From contig CAXNAA020000010.1 in the NCBI GenBank assembly GCA_964200075.2, positions 1-40,546 of the forward strand: 40,546 nt of DNA, in the 5' to 3' direction. Source of the DNA: Sphacelaria rigidula. Lineage: Eukaryota. The notes below the pieces were generated by a model. It made no database searches, was not told where the DNA came from, and saw nothing but the letters and a program-made list of their open reading frames with translations. The first letter of the stretch is position 1; every line of letters begins with the position of its first letter. Positions 1 to 13,200 of the stretch are shown piece by piece. The position numbers and the translations under genes are program-made.

Positions 1-1279
1 CGAACCACCGTTGCTGCTTTCAACGACGATCTGACTCGCAATTTCGAGCAACAAATGGCCCAAAATACCCCCCCGCTATCGTAGGATGACTCGAGGGATG
101 AGGTCGTCCGTATGAAGGTCATTCGTCATGAATGTAGGTCAGGGAAAACACGGCTTTTGAGTTAAACCTCGTTCGTTTTCTCAAGACCATTTCGAGAATC
201 CACTGTTTGGTGATGCCTCAGAAAACCTTGCGTGCTGGCTTCACCAAGAAGTGCAATTTTGCGCAGTACCTACTGGGTAACCACACTCAGTCGCAGTCGC
301 ATGACCTTATTGCGCCTGATCCATGCCCGATCGTGCAAGTGATCAAGTGATATCGGCATCAAGGGTCCGTCTGAGTTACAGCGCAACATAAGCAGCACAC
401 CACAGGGCACACACCTTCCAGCGCCGTTCTATTCAGTACAACACAGAAAACAGCTGCATCGCAATGGATGTATCTATATGTATGAATGATGAATGAAACT
501 TTGCGAATTCTGTGAAAAAAATGACGGGCATTCATCACGCAGTATAGAATGCGCGTCGCTGCCCGTGAAGAGTGACACGCGAGCGTGTGCTCCGCCTTTT
601 GAAGGCGGCTGCTACTGCTTTTCAGTGGATATATTTAGGAACGTGTACCACGCAGTTCTCAGCCTTGAGGCCCACCAAACATCGAGGGGCTCGAGTGATA
701 CCCACGACATCGCAATATGCCTTGCCTAGGTTCAGGGGTGCGTCGCCTTGTCAACCTAAGCAGCCGGGAGAGTAATTTGACATGCGCTTCCGTTAGAAGC
801 CACAGGGGTCTTTGGTTGCCTGATCGATCGCTTGATTGGCTCAAATAGACTGATCCACTACTGTTACGTCATGATCGCAAGAAAGGCGCGGCCAAGGAAA
901 ATACATGTACCGTAGCACTCACTGAAAATAAACCTCGAGCACAAAAAGGATAACAGAGAGTAGGAAAACCAAAAGGAAGAAAACCGGGTACACTGAAAAA
1001 AAGACACCAGACTAGAAACGGTCCAGAGGAACCCCCAATAACCTCCGCCCGACAGGGCTTGAAACGTGAGGCCGCAGGAAACACCCAAGCTAACCGAGGG
1101 CGTAGCTTGTAGCTCGCGACTCAGCTATCTGGGAGTCGTACCAAAGTAGGAACTGTTAACCACTAATCCATCAAAAAGAAGTTCTCGCTGTTCGTTGTTT
1201 CCCTCGGCACTGCTGCGAACCGTCGCACAAGCGTAGATTTGGCGAAATTTCCCCGAAAGCTTGATTCTCAGGGCCCATA

Positions 1280-4200
1280 TCAGCGATTATTTTGTGATGT
1301 ACCGTAAACTGCACCAGCTGTGGCGTTCTTCTTCGGTTTCGCTGTTGCCATGAGTACTGATCGTGATCGAGCCACTCTACCTCCATTCCCTACCCCGCTG
1401 GAACAGTCGTGCTTGGCACTTCTGCGTGCAGGGTAGTTTGAGGTGCAACCGCAAGAGAGCAGGGGATGACACGCGATTAAAAATAGTTTCAAGCGATAGC
1501 GGCATTTCAGGTGCTCAGGCTTTTGAAGTGATAATGTTATGAAGTGCGTGTAGACAATACAGTATTTCCAAGCCACGAAACGCCGTCGCAGAGAAGGTTT
1601 GGCAGATAATTCGACAGCATCGCCCGTGTGTGAGCGTCTATTCGCTGCCCTGCGTACATCAATCCACTCGAACCGATGTTACGACAGGTGCTCACTCTGC
1701 ACGCCTTGGCCGCTGCATCAGTCCTCCCAGATTGATGTATCGCGGCTCTGCCCCATCTACGAGTGTGTCTGCAATGTCTTCCAGTCCTCCACCCCGCCCG
1801 GCACCCTGGCTGCCGTTCTGGGGAGGAGGACCGTAAATCAATCCCATTTCCGAGCGTAGTCGAGCGGGAAAGGCTGCCCCAGGTAAATTTTCTGCTCCGA
1901 GCAGTTATAGAATGTCGGCGGGAGGACGACGAAAAAATGGTAAATTGTGTGCCTTCTGGTCTGCTCTTTTCAGAAATTCTGAGACATGGGCATGCGCCTG
2001 GGACGCTTATCTGAGACCTCAATCAATCCACGGCGTCAATCTAGACCTGGGATGTGGACGTTTATTTGGTGCCTCAGGTTCATCTGGAACCTCTCTTCGT
2101 ACGTACAATAGACATTCATCTGTGACATCCTTGTGGGATGCTGACATCCACCTTGGAGCTGGAATGTGAGCATCTACCTGGGAATCTTCCCGTGGGACAT
2201 TAGACCTCTACTCGGAACGTTACCATCTGCTGAGACCACTTTACCGTGTCGTCGAATTTCACTGGATGCAGATCGATACTACACCAATCCCACTCAACCC
2301 TAACCCTAACCGTAGGCTGACCCGAAGCTGTGAGTAAACTGTTCGAAACTAATCATAGATTCGGGGTAGCGTGTGTAGATTCGGGTTACTGTGCGTTGGT
2401 ATAGAAGGCACCCGCAACTACGAGACAGGTCACTACAACAAAACACAGGATACTGAGAAATTAAATCTCGAGTTTTGAAAAAAATAATGTATTCGGCACA
2501 GGAAAGTGTGCCCTACAGTAGTGGGGCATGGATGTGGGCAAACGTGCGCTGGTGGTGGATGGCAGTATAGAATGTACTGGCAACGCATACATTTGGGCTA
2601 GCATGCGCCGGTAGAGCGCAGTAAACTGGGCGATGGCAGAACACGCATTTGAACTAGTGTGCGCCGGTAAAACTTTGCGCCGGGTACGCAAATATTGACG
2701 TCCAAGATAGACGTTGACGATCAACATGGACATCCCGGGCCTGGATGGAGACCCCAGACAAATGTACGGTCTCAGAGTAGTGCTACGGTAGGGGTGCACT
2801 TTTTGCGCAAAATCTTGTCTGGTTCAGGGGCTCCTAACGATTCTAGATACACGAGAATATGGATCAGGGCATCCCCGTTCGCAACTTCATTCGGGATATC
2901 CCTAGGACATTGGAATAGTAATCCTGGCGTACTTTCACACATTTCATAACTCGTGTTATGGATGAGATGAAGGGCTCCTGACAATTCTAACCACAGAAAA
3001 TATTTGTGCCCCCCTACCGTAGCATCACTCCTCAGATGAACATCCCAGAGGAAGGTGCGTATCCCAGCTGCAGGTTGCACGACGATGCAAGTTCGTGTTT
3101 CCTTCGGACTGCTGAAAAGGATATTTCTCTCAGCCACAGCGCAACTGTTTCTCTCAACGCTGGGCAACGATCCCCAGAGAGTAGCATTTATGAATTCTCA
3201 CGTCCTGAAAAACAGCGACTACAGCTGAAGGAAGATAGGAAGATAGTGTTAGCAGGCAGACGCGAAGTACGACACCTATTCTGGTATAGCATTTGGCTAC
3301 GTCTACGCCGTATTATACCCTTCCGGGATTCTCACCGTCGGGTATTGGCCTTGAATGTGTAGTTGAGCGTTGACGTTCTATTGCGACCGATTCGCTGCCG
3401 CGTGTAATGATAATGAAACGGTGCACAATGTAAAGGGAAGGGGTAAGGGAATTCAATCCATAAAGTTGTTGCGGCAAACCCATGTCCAACGTGACGATGG
3501 TGCGCTGGTTGCCCGCTTGAAGCATGCTCTCTGTGCGCATTTATCGTTTCGTAGCCAAAGTTTAATCGCATCGTCAGGAAAAGTAGTTGGGGCATCCACC
3601 CGTGTGTCAGTATTCATCTTCGTTGCTACATTATCCCACCACCCCACTACCGCAGCGTGCAACACCCTCAATTCCTGTGTTGACCACATTTGTAATTTGC
3701 TTCAAACCCATGTAACAAATCCAAAGAGATCAATCGCATCTCCGCACCTGTGTCGCCGCTTGAGCGCCCTCTCATGGAGCGCTTGATTGATCTGTCTCCG
3801 GGTTCGATTTCTCCCGTCATCGCCGCTATCACCGTCAACGGTGGATGACCAATCCATTCTCCTCTCATCGGGACCGACTTCCGTCTCTACCGGTGCCGAT
3901 GACACGTGCCCTGTCTCTAAGATTGTTTGTCGCTCATTCTCATGCGACGTCTGATGACTACCTTGATCTCCCTCCCATCTTCGGCGTTCGCTTTGAGGTG
4001 CACCTCGAGAACTACCACCGGGACACGCGTCGGCTTGCGATTCGTCCCTGGCCGCTACGCGCTCGTCATTACCAGAAGCGGCCTGCTGCTGCGATGGTAA
4101 CGCTCGGCAGGCAACAGCCGCCGATACCCCGTGCAGAACACGATTGGTCTCGTCATTTACGAGTCCCGGCGCGGGATGCTGCTCATTTTGTCCTCCTCGC

Positions 4201-7200
4201 CTCCCCCGATCGGAATCTACATCACCGCTGGAGTGACTAAAGCCCCCGCCAGAATTCACTGCACTCCCCCTACTTGGTTGGATCGTGGCAGCATTGTCGG
4301 CTGCCCCAGGCCCACAATTTCCATCGTCATGGCTCCACTCGTTTTTTCCGTCCTTGTGGTCCGCGGTCGGTGGAGCGGGCGGCTCGAAACCGACCCCACT
4401 GTCGGCAAGTACGCTCAGGGAAGCTTCCAACGGCGCCGTAAGCGAGTTATTGTGACCACTGCCGCCACCCCCAAGGGAAAAAGAAGATCCAGCGGTACTC
4501 TGCCAGCTGTCTGCTTACCAAGGGAAAGACGAAAGGCCGCGCGGGTCAGAGGCTGCCGGGCACAAGAGATAGTCAAGAGCAGACTCAACTCCGAAATACT
4601 GCGCATTTCCATGATACATACCTCAAGATGAAGACTCCTCTGTTCAAGGAATCCCTCCCTGTGACTGTCTGCACTTCACGAAAATCATGTGCTGGTATAC
4701 CACATACCGTACATCCATACTTATCTTGGGTAGGCATCTTGTGTTGCCACGGCTTAATTCCTAGGGGGTCAACTAATGTGTGATAGTGAATCAATCAATC
4801 AATACATCAATATCCATATCCGTGCACTAAACCACAACAAACCATTTTCACCTCCAAGGGAAACAACGAGATCGTGTCTTTTTCCAAGTCTCGGAACCAC
4901 CGGAGAGCCGTGACGGCCGACTCCACCACTCCCAATTCCACCACCCCCAGCCCCTCCGAACACACGCTCCCTCCCCAGCGCCTCGTCCTCAGACAATGTT
5001 GCACTTGTGTACTCCATCCGTAGACCACTTGGGTCGGGGTCCGTCGTGAGGCGGGACAAGGCATCACTTAAAACCTCATTTCTGCTTCGACATGGTGGTA
5101 AAACGGGGTATTGTGCAGAAAGTGATGATGGTTGGGCAATTTCACCGACCGAGCTAAACACGCAATGCCCAGCATGTCTTGTTGCTGCCGTGTATAGACC
5201 CAAGGCCACATATACGCCTACTTGGCCGTAGTGTTGCTGGTATTACCAGCACTCACGCATTTATCGGGGGCAACCCGCATGTCTGTGGCACACCCCATTA
5301 AGGCTAGCAAATGTCACAATGACACACCGCGACACTACATCGACATTTGTCGTCCTTCGTAAATACGCGCGCACAGCTTGCTTGCCAAAACGTAATGCCT
5401 TGGTAAGATAAACTTATGACGATTTTTTTCTCCCAACACCCAACAAGTTGAATTTGAGGAACCTCCGTGAACATCTCAACCCGTTCACATCGAACTCAGG
5501 ATTTGACCTTCGAGTGAGTCGCTCGATCTCTGAGTCTCGCTGCCGAACCAGACCCCTCAGATCCTCCTCTGCCTCACGAGCATTTTCTTCGACACCCTTT
5601 GGGAATTCCGAAAACGGGATGGCGCCGCCGTGTTAGAACCTTGCCGCCAGCCTAAACGCGACGAGTTGAACAGTATTTCTCCCATGACATCCCAGAGAAC
5701 AGTTTCGGTCTAAACCTGACATCGTTTTGTTCATCACGTCCTTTGTGGTGAACCGTTGTACCCTGAAGTCCATCTTTGCGAAATGGGTGATATCGGCAAA
5801 TTTCAGTGCCACAGTCATAAGATATGCACGAGGCTTGTCCGCCGAAAATATACCTTCCTCGTCCCATGGGAAAAGCGGGTGTGTTTTTCAGTTCCCGAAA
5901 AATAAAAAACGAAGGCGGGTACGGTTTCTACTTCGCTAGCCTGTGCTAAATATAGTCGCGGTTCTTGTGTGACATGTAAATCACAGAACGATCATTCTTT
6001 TGATGTGAAGTGGAAACACCACAAGGACTCCCTCCATCATCTATTCGTCCGACACCGAGCCAGCTCCCGCCATGAGGTTGTTACCTGTAGCCGTAATTTG
6101 AGTTTGTCGAGTCGCTCAAGCGCAGCGAGCATCTCTCGCTCTTTGCGACAGAGCGAGTCTTCGAGAGAGCTGAAGCAGTGGAGTAGCGTTCAAGCACCGG
6201 GAAAGAGGGATTGATGCCATGAGAAACTATAGTCGCGGCACGAAATTTAACCATAAGAAACCATAGTCGCGGTACGCAATTCGCCCCCCCCCAAAAAAAA
6301 ACTCGGGAAGTCTGCTTGACCAATATTCCTTGGTTGATGGCTGACGTCAGCCATGTTCCCCTGGAGTGGGGGGGGGGCATTTAGTCAATCAGATCTGATG
6401 AGCTTCTGTTTGGCCAATCGCAAAACCGCCTGCCATTTTAGCCTCCTCTCTAGAAGTATAGTAACGGCGGGGTACTGATGGTAGGCTGAGAAACTGGAAA
6501 TTCTGCCCTCCGACGGGTAACTTTGGCTGCTGAATCCACACACGGAATCAAGTGCCACTTATCGAACTGACTGCATCTTGCTACTCCGACAAGGCCGACA
6601 AGGCGGACCAACAGCACCGATGAGAGTTCAAATGCGGAGATTGGGAGATCAACTTGGATGGTCTGACGTGCTCTCCAAATAGCACAACTTGCCTTGTTTT
6701 TCTAGATTCCTCTTCCGCGCGTGATCGTGCTTCGAATGTGCATTTCTCTGCCGACTCCTTCGCCTGGAAATAACCCGACGGGATATCGGCACGTCTCTGT
6801 AATGTGAACTACAATGATTTTCGGATATCGCGACGTAGATAGCAGCGGATGCTAAGGCAAGTGCACGGTTTGTCGGTAAAGACCGAAATCAGCAGTGCAC
6901 CCGCATTCAACACATATATCCTGTTATCCACAACATTTGATGATGAGATGGAGTTAAGAGGAAGGGGTCAAGATAACAGGGTGATGCAGCGAGGTGATAC
7001 AGTGGGAGGTGTACGTAATAAGGAAACCAATTCGGCTAGTTCGCTAGGGGGTGCACTCTTGGCGTGTAAAGTCGCGGTTGAACCGCATCAATTCGCTTGC
7101 GAAGACCTGCGACAACCTGCTGATATTTCTTCAATATCGACGAATCAAATTGAACAGAGGCACGTCTCCCTAGTTTACCTGGGTTGCAGCCGCCATTTGC

Positions 7201-10200
7201 CGTCGAAGGGTTGTTATTTCAGCCTCCGTAACCTCGGACCCTCTGTTGCTTTCCCCCCCTGACCCACCGACGCTACCGCTACCGCTGTCGCCGCCGCTCC
7301 CACTTGCAGCACTGCGGCCGGTGTTACCACCACCTGAGCCAACTTTGCTCATGCGAGCTGAAAGCTGTGATACTTGCCTCTCTAAGCCGGAGCCCTTCGC
7401 CTCAGAACTTCTCAGCTCGCCCTGTAGCGCCTGTTTTGTTTTCGCGCGTCTTTCCCATTAGCTACGAGAGAGATGAACAATTTGCGGTTGCGGCTCATGT
7501 TCCATGCGTTTAGTGATCAGCACTTGTTGTTTTTACTAGTCAAACACGTGTAGTTTGATCCTAAGGTGCTCCAGCGGTCACACCCTTTTCGACGAGCGAA
7601 AAATGGTATCATACGAGGAATGGTTCGTGTTCGCGACGGAGAGTTAAAAAATGCGCCGCTCCATTATGCTGAGAGAAGATGACAGACGGGATGTCATCGA
7701 ATCCCACAAAGCAGCAAACGTGCCTGCAGAAAGGAGATTGACAGTCGGGGGAGCTATGAGACCACGTCGACATGTTGTGGGCACCCTCAAATCTCTCATC
7801 AGAACTTGTTCAAAATTGAACATCTACGTTATATGACGACCCAAGGACTCGCCTGTGGTTTTTATTAAGTCCGTGAAGATTTCGCAGTGTGCCTTACCTG
7901 GAGGGCAACGACTACGGCCTTGGACTTCCGTCGAGCATCGGCTACCTCCCGCGTCCTCTTTTCCACTTCTTCTGCCAACTGTTGAATTGACGACCCACAC
8001 GACCACCCATTTACCCCGAACAGGTGCAGAAGCCGGAGGCGGTGAAAAGTAGGTGGCATGGCGCGTGAGGAGTAACAAGAGCTCATCATGTTCCTGCGGG
8101 TGAACACGAGGTCTCCCGCCACACAAGACACAACAAAACGTGGTTGCGGAACGCCATCTTCTGTTTCCTGTTCTGTGTTCGGTATCTCTTTCGTGATTTC
8201 GGGTAAAGGGTCGTACGTGATCAGCCTTCCCTGCCTACTGCGCATATTGCCTTCCGACACCATGTGTAGCCAACGTTATGCCCTTCACGAGACCCCCCTA
8301 CTCGGAACTTCGAGGATCAGCAATATGTTCGATTTTCTACATGATGCGTGAACTAGTAGCAGAAGTCGAGCAATGCTACGGTGGGGGGGCACTTTTCAGT
8401 CCAAAACGTTTCTGAGGCTGCACACTACGACCCAGATGTTTGCCATGGTGAGGTTCCTACACCTAATGAGCCTCAGAAAAACAGTGCACTCCTACCGTGG
8501 CATTGCTCGGTCGTCAACAGAGGTCTCCAGAGCACTTCTCTGCGATATACGTCGTAAAATAAATAGGCAGGTTACGTTGAGTACCCTCAACCTCCAAGAG
8601 CCCCTTATATGTCTTGGCAGAATCGAGGTATTGTTTGCGTCTATACCGCCCCGTGCAATATGCCTACGCACTCGTTTTTTCGCGTCGTCCTGCACGGTCG
8701 CCAGATTTCGCTCGTAGGTTCTTTCTGCAGCTCGCTGTCCTGCTTCCGCTTCCATCAAACGGCGCTGAGAACTCGCCTGATTTCATCGTGAAGTTGTTGT
8801 CAACAGGGATGGATGTGCATGGGGTCGAAATTCTGCATACTGGCGGCCACGTACGAACGGAATGTCGATAGAGCAGGGTGACTCGTGTGCCCATTGGGAC
8901 GTACGCGTATTCGCACGGTAAGGGTACTGAGTTGAAAACGGGTTTGGTGCTGCTGGAATAACGTAGCTGTCCATTCTGTAGGCTGCGATCTTCCGCTTGA
9001 CTTGGGATAGGGTTGGCGTGGTGCTGACGGAAGGGATCTCAGGACTTATGTCTTCCCCGGGCTGAGGTACATGCTTCACACCTTTGCGTCATGTTTCCGC
9101 TCAGCCAAATCATGGAGTCACTGGCGCAAGGCGCGAACTCCTGTGGATAACGGTCTTTCTGCAATCGCGCAGGGGTCCCACACATGAAGAAAAACATACC
9201 GTACATGTTCGAGTTTACTTGATTTCGAAATACGCCGTTCACACACGTACCGAGGGGGATGGGTTGATCCCTTGAGACCACGGACTCATCCCGAGGAAGG
9301 GGAAGGGTTCAAAGTGCGACAAGTAAAGAATGAATAAATAAATACACATCGTAAAGAAGGTGATGTGACTGTTCGTTTATATTGATGAATGATCGTTGAT
9401 AGGGGTCTCGCTCGCCTGTGTTTCTCGCAAGGCTTCATCTGCCTCTCTCTTCATGGAATCTAGCGCCTCCTTCAGCTTTCGACTGGCCTCTGCCGCTGCC
9501 CTGAGCATTGGTTGATTCGATTGGTTCATTTGTTGTCGCATATTGACGTATTCGCTACGAATACAGCCGTGGTCGCACGGTGGACGTATCCATGCTAAAT
9601 GAACGGAAACACTCACTAACCGAATCTCGAGGGCAACCTCAAAAAAAGGGAAAGAGCGAGAAAAGAGAAAGCAGGGAGAAAACAAAAAGATAATAAACTA
9701 GTCTTGATGCCGAGCTAAGAGATAGTATCGTTCTTGAGAGGATCTGCGATAGGCCCCTGCCAGAGCCTCAGATAAGAGGCCACACAAAGAGCAACGCCAT
9801 CGGAGCACGTCACACTTGAGCCCTCTGGAGATGGCACACAACATGTATCGAGGAGAGTGTAAGATTTGACCGTAGAATTTTATAGCGTATAGACGCGTGT
9901 AATAGAGTAGTACGTAGCATGGGGGGGTGGCAATTGCTTCAGTCCATGAGATGAATACAACCCGACAATGATGCAGTCGCACGAACGCATTACGGTTGTC
10001 CTCATCTGATATTGAAAACACCGAGTTGTCTCCTACTGTGCACGCAATCCAGGTCAGTCTGGGCTATACTTACACATGCAGGAGGTTCCTTCCACATTTG
10101 TTGTCGTGCCTGGGGTGTGTGTACCTCCAAATGTTGTTCCTCGGGATAACGTGTGAATATGTTACATCAAATTATTGTTTTTAGGACCAAATTCGAGGTC

Positions 10201-13200
10201 CAATACCGCCGGGGAGACGCTCACTGCCTGTAAATGTGTTGAACACCGTACTGGCTTTCGTCATGCGCAACATCCTGATGTAGCGCCATTGCCTCTGCAG
10301 TTCGTATTTTTTGCATCACCCCCACCTCTTCGAAGGAAAAAAAACACACATACCCAGCTCATGAAATCAGAAGGGTATGTTCACCTGCAAAGCATTGTCT
10401 ATCTAGTCCTGGACAAAATGGAGTATGGTTCATACCTCTTCTCTCGACGGTCAGCCGCCTCTAGCTGCCCCTGCGCCGCCTGCCATCTAGCCTCTGAGAC
10501 TTCTAGTTCTTCCTCTAACCTTTGCACACTTTCCGCCGCCCGTCGCCCCTCCTCTTCCGCTTTTGTCAACGTTTTCTTCAAGTCCTGTTTACGCAAGGGA
10601 AGTAAAAGGTGGCAACAATGACCCAGGTTGAATTATTTGTAGTCACATATTACCGTCCAGGCTGGTGAAGGCGACCTGATCTGCAAGGGGTTGACTCGTA
10701 TTTTTATTCCAATGTTCGCGTTTCGCTCGGTGCTGTAGCGACCGAACCTCGACTTACGGTCGCATGGGTACGTTTAACATTTATTCAACGGCTGCTTCGT
10801 TCAGTAGTTCACGTATCGAAGTCATCAACCTCTGAATTTTGCCCAATTTCACAACGTTCAACTTCTCGGCGCTGGTTCGAACGACCCGTGCGGACTCCTG
10901 CGGTAGGGACGAGAGAGGATGCAGGCTTTTAGGTCAAGTATACGAACATCTTCACCACCTTCCATGAACCGTTCATTCCGCCGGGGGGCTACTTTGATGG
11001 AAACTGCGGTGCATTTCCGCAACGCAGACATTCGCGATTTGGGTCGTGGCGCAAGGGTTTGCAGCAAATCCTGCGATTCAGGTCTCAAATCTGGCACAAC
11101 CGTACTGAACTGCACCCACGTCGAGCTCATAAGCGTGCTTCTCGGCAACGTCTTCCGCGTCGGCAAGCCTTCCCCTAGCGCCCGCGCCCTCGCTCGAGAG
11201 CCTTGCGTTTGCCTGGCTCAACTGAACCAGCCGCTGCTCAAGCAAGGATCGCAAGGATGTGTCGATTTTGGAAGAAAATATACACAGGGGTAATGATCTA
11301 CTCCAAGTGTTGGCCGGTACGCGTAAAACGAAATGTGCGGGCGAGTGGAGTCCGCGCACGAATTCATCCATTATAATGAAAAACACAAGATCCAAATGCT
11401 TTGCCAGAACAAAGATACCGCAATCGAGTTTCGATAGGTGTGGTAAACCGAAATATTTCGCATGGTGTTTCTACCCGTGCTGATGTGCAGTGCCCCAAAC
11501 TGACAACAGGACGCGGTCAGACGATCCACGGATATTTTTCAAGTGAAGTGATATATATACATATATATATATATGTGTGTGTGCCATCAATGTTGCCGAG
11601 AGAGGCTATACCGTCGAGGTATTCACGTGTGTTGTGAGGAAGATTAGACAAACGCGTGATGGTGAGCGCACCTGAGCGCCTTCCCTGTCGCTCGCCTTGG
11701 CTGTCTCAACGGTTTGTTCCAAGGTGCGTCGTAGAGAGGACAGCTCCGACCTAACGACGTCGACACCGAGCAGAGAGCAACGATTGTAAATCTCCTTCGA
11801 GCGTGGTGCTGGAAGCATGTCGGAGCTATGGTGGAATCTCATCACGTCTGTTCAACGCTGGCGGTGAATAAAGGGCGTATATGTAGAGTCGGTGTTGTTG
11901 TACTGTTGCGGAGGTGCTATTTTTGGAGCGTCAAGAACCGTCATGGGTAGCCACCCGGCCGTGCTTGACCGAATAGGTGGACCGAGGGACGCACCTCAGG
12001 GCTTCGATCCGTTCGTCTTGCATCGCGGTTGCGACTTTTGCCTCGCTCAGCTCGTGCAATGTCTGTGTAGCATGAGAGCAAAGACGTATCACAACAGACA
12101 GGGTCACGCCTTGTGTCGCGCGAAGATACGCAGTGGCGTGCGTTTTTGAAGCGATTGTGTTGATTAGTTTCCGCACTACCTTAACCAATCCCCGAGGGAT
12201 CCAACCATGGTCATTGTCCACAGGATAGGCGTACCTCGGGAACCCCAAACAAAAGCACTTGGGGATCTGAAATGAGGTTTTAGCGAGGGCAGCAGGCGAT
12301 ACCATTTCTACAGCGCTGTCTGTGTCTGGACACCAAGTGGCAACTGATCTGAAATCGGAATATTTTCCCAAAGATAGGGGAGTAGGGCGATTGTGCTACT
12401 TGAAGCTACGAATGGGTGCACAGAGATACAGCCGGAGAAATGTACTACTGTTCACGCTTTGATGTCGCTCAGGGTGTCGTTTTTTTCCCGCGCTAAATGT
12501 TACCGATGTCCATCTCCGGATAAATTCCGCAACTTTCAGCTTCCGCATCTTTTGAAATAGAGCATGGAAACCTTCTGAAAAGGGTGCACCTTTTGTTCCC
12601 TGTCCTCGGCGCCCAGCTTCGCGGACACTTCCGTTTCGGACTTTGCGTGTGCTTCGGAGAGGAGCTGTTGATGCCGTTCTACATCCTTTGCCGACTCCTG
12701 CGTACACGGAAAAGCGATGTGCGAGTTTTGTCTAGAAGCGGGGACCACGGGACGAAGTCAGAAAAGATGCCGGTTTAGCTTTCGTCGGCTTTTGCACGCG
12801 AAGAGACGAGTGTTTTTTTTAATCGTGATGCATTTTGATTGCAGGGCAATGCCCTAGGAGACAGTCATCAGCATAGTCCGTAACCATGTGCTGTTCGTAC
12901 AAATAGCGAAAAGTTGTCGTCCCTGCGTTGTGTAGCCGTCATTCCTGCCGGGAATGTGAGACAACGCCTGCGTCGCCGTATTCTCGTTCACACGCAGCCC
13001 GGAATGGATGTAGGCACGTATCGTGCTTTTATCGTCCTTGAATTCAAAAGACTCACATGTCGGTCATGTGACAGTCAAACCGCTGAGGACGGAATTGCTT
13101 GCCTTCAATGTTCGTACCCTCTCTTGAACGTCCAGGATGAGGTCGTGCTTCTCCCGCTCAAGGAGTGCTAGCTGTAATCAAGAGAGAGATAGCGCAAGCG

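Noticed and set aside
2293-2311. Interstitial telomere as evidence of chromosome fusion
   Set aside because: Only 2-3 units; more likely part of a dispersed repeat.
3545-3580. CTGACGA..CGAAAC on the - strand, like a hammerhead ribozyme core
   Set aside because: The intervening sequence cannot form stem II, and no flanking stems are evident.
3702-4430. 242-aa ORF as a stand-alone gene
   Set aside because: It starts at TTG and fits in phase as an internal exon (4510-3748) of the coiled-coil gene.
8352-8395. CTACGGTGGGGGGGCAC resembles the 5S box C region (CTACGGTGGGGGACCAC)
   Set aside because: No other 5S sequence around it; better explained as the MITE TIR paired with 8484-8497.
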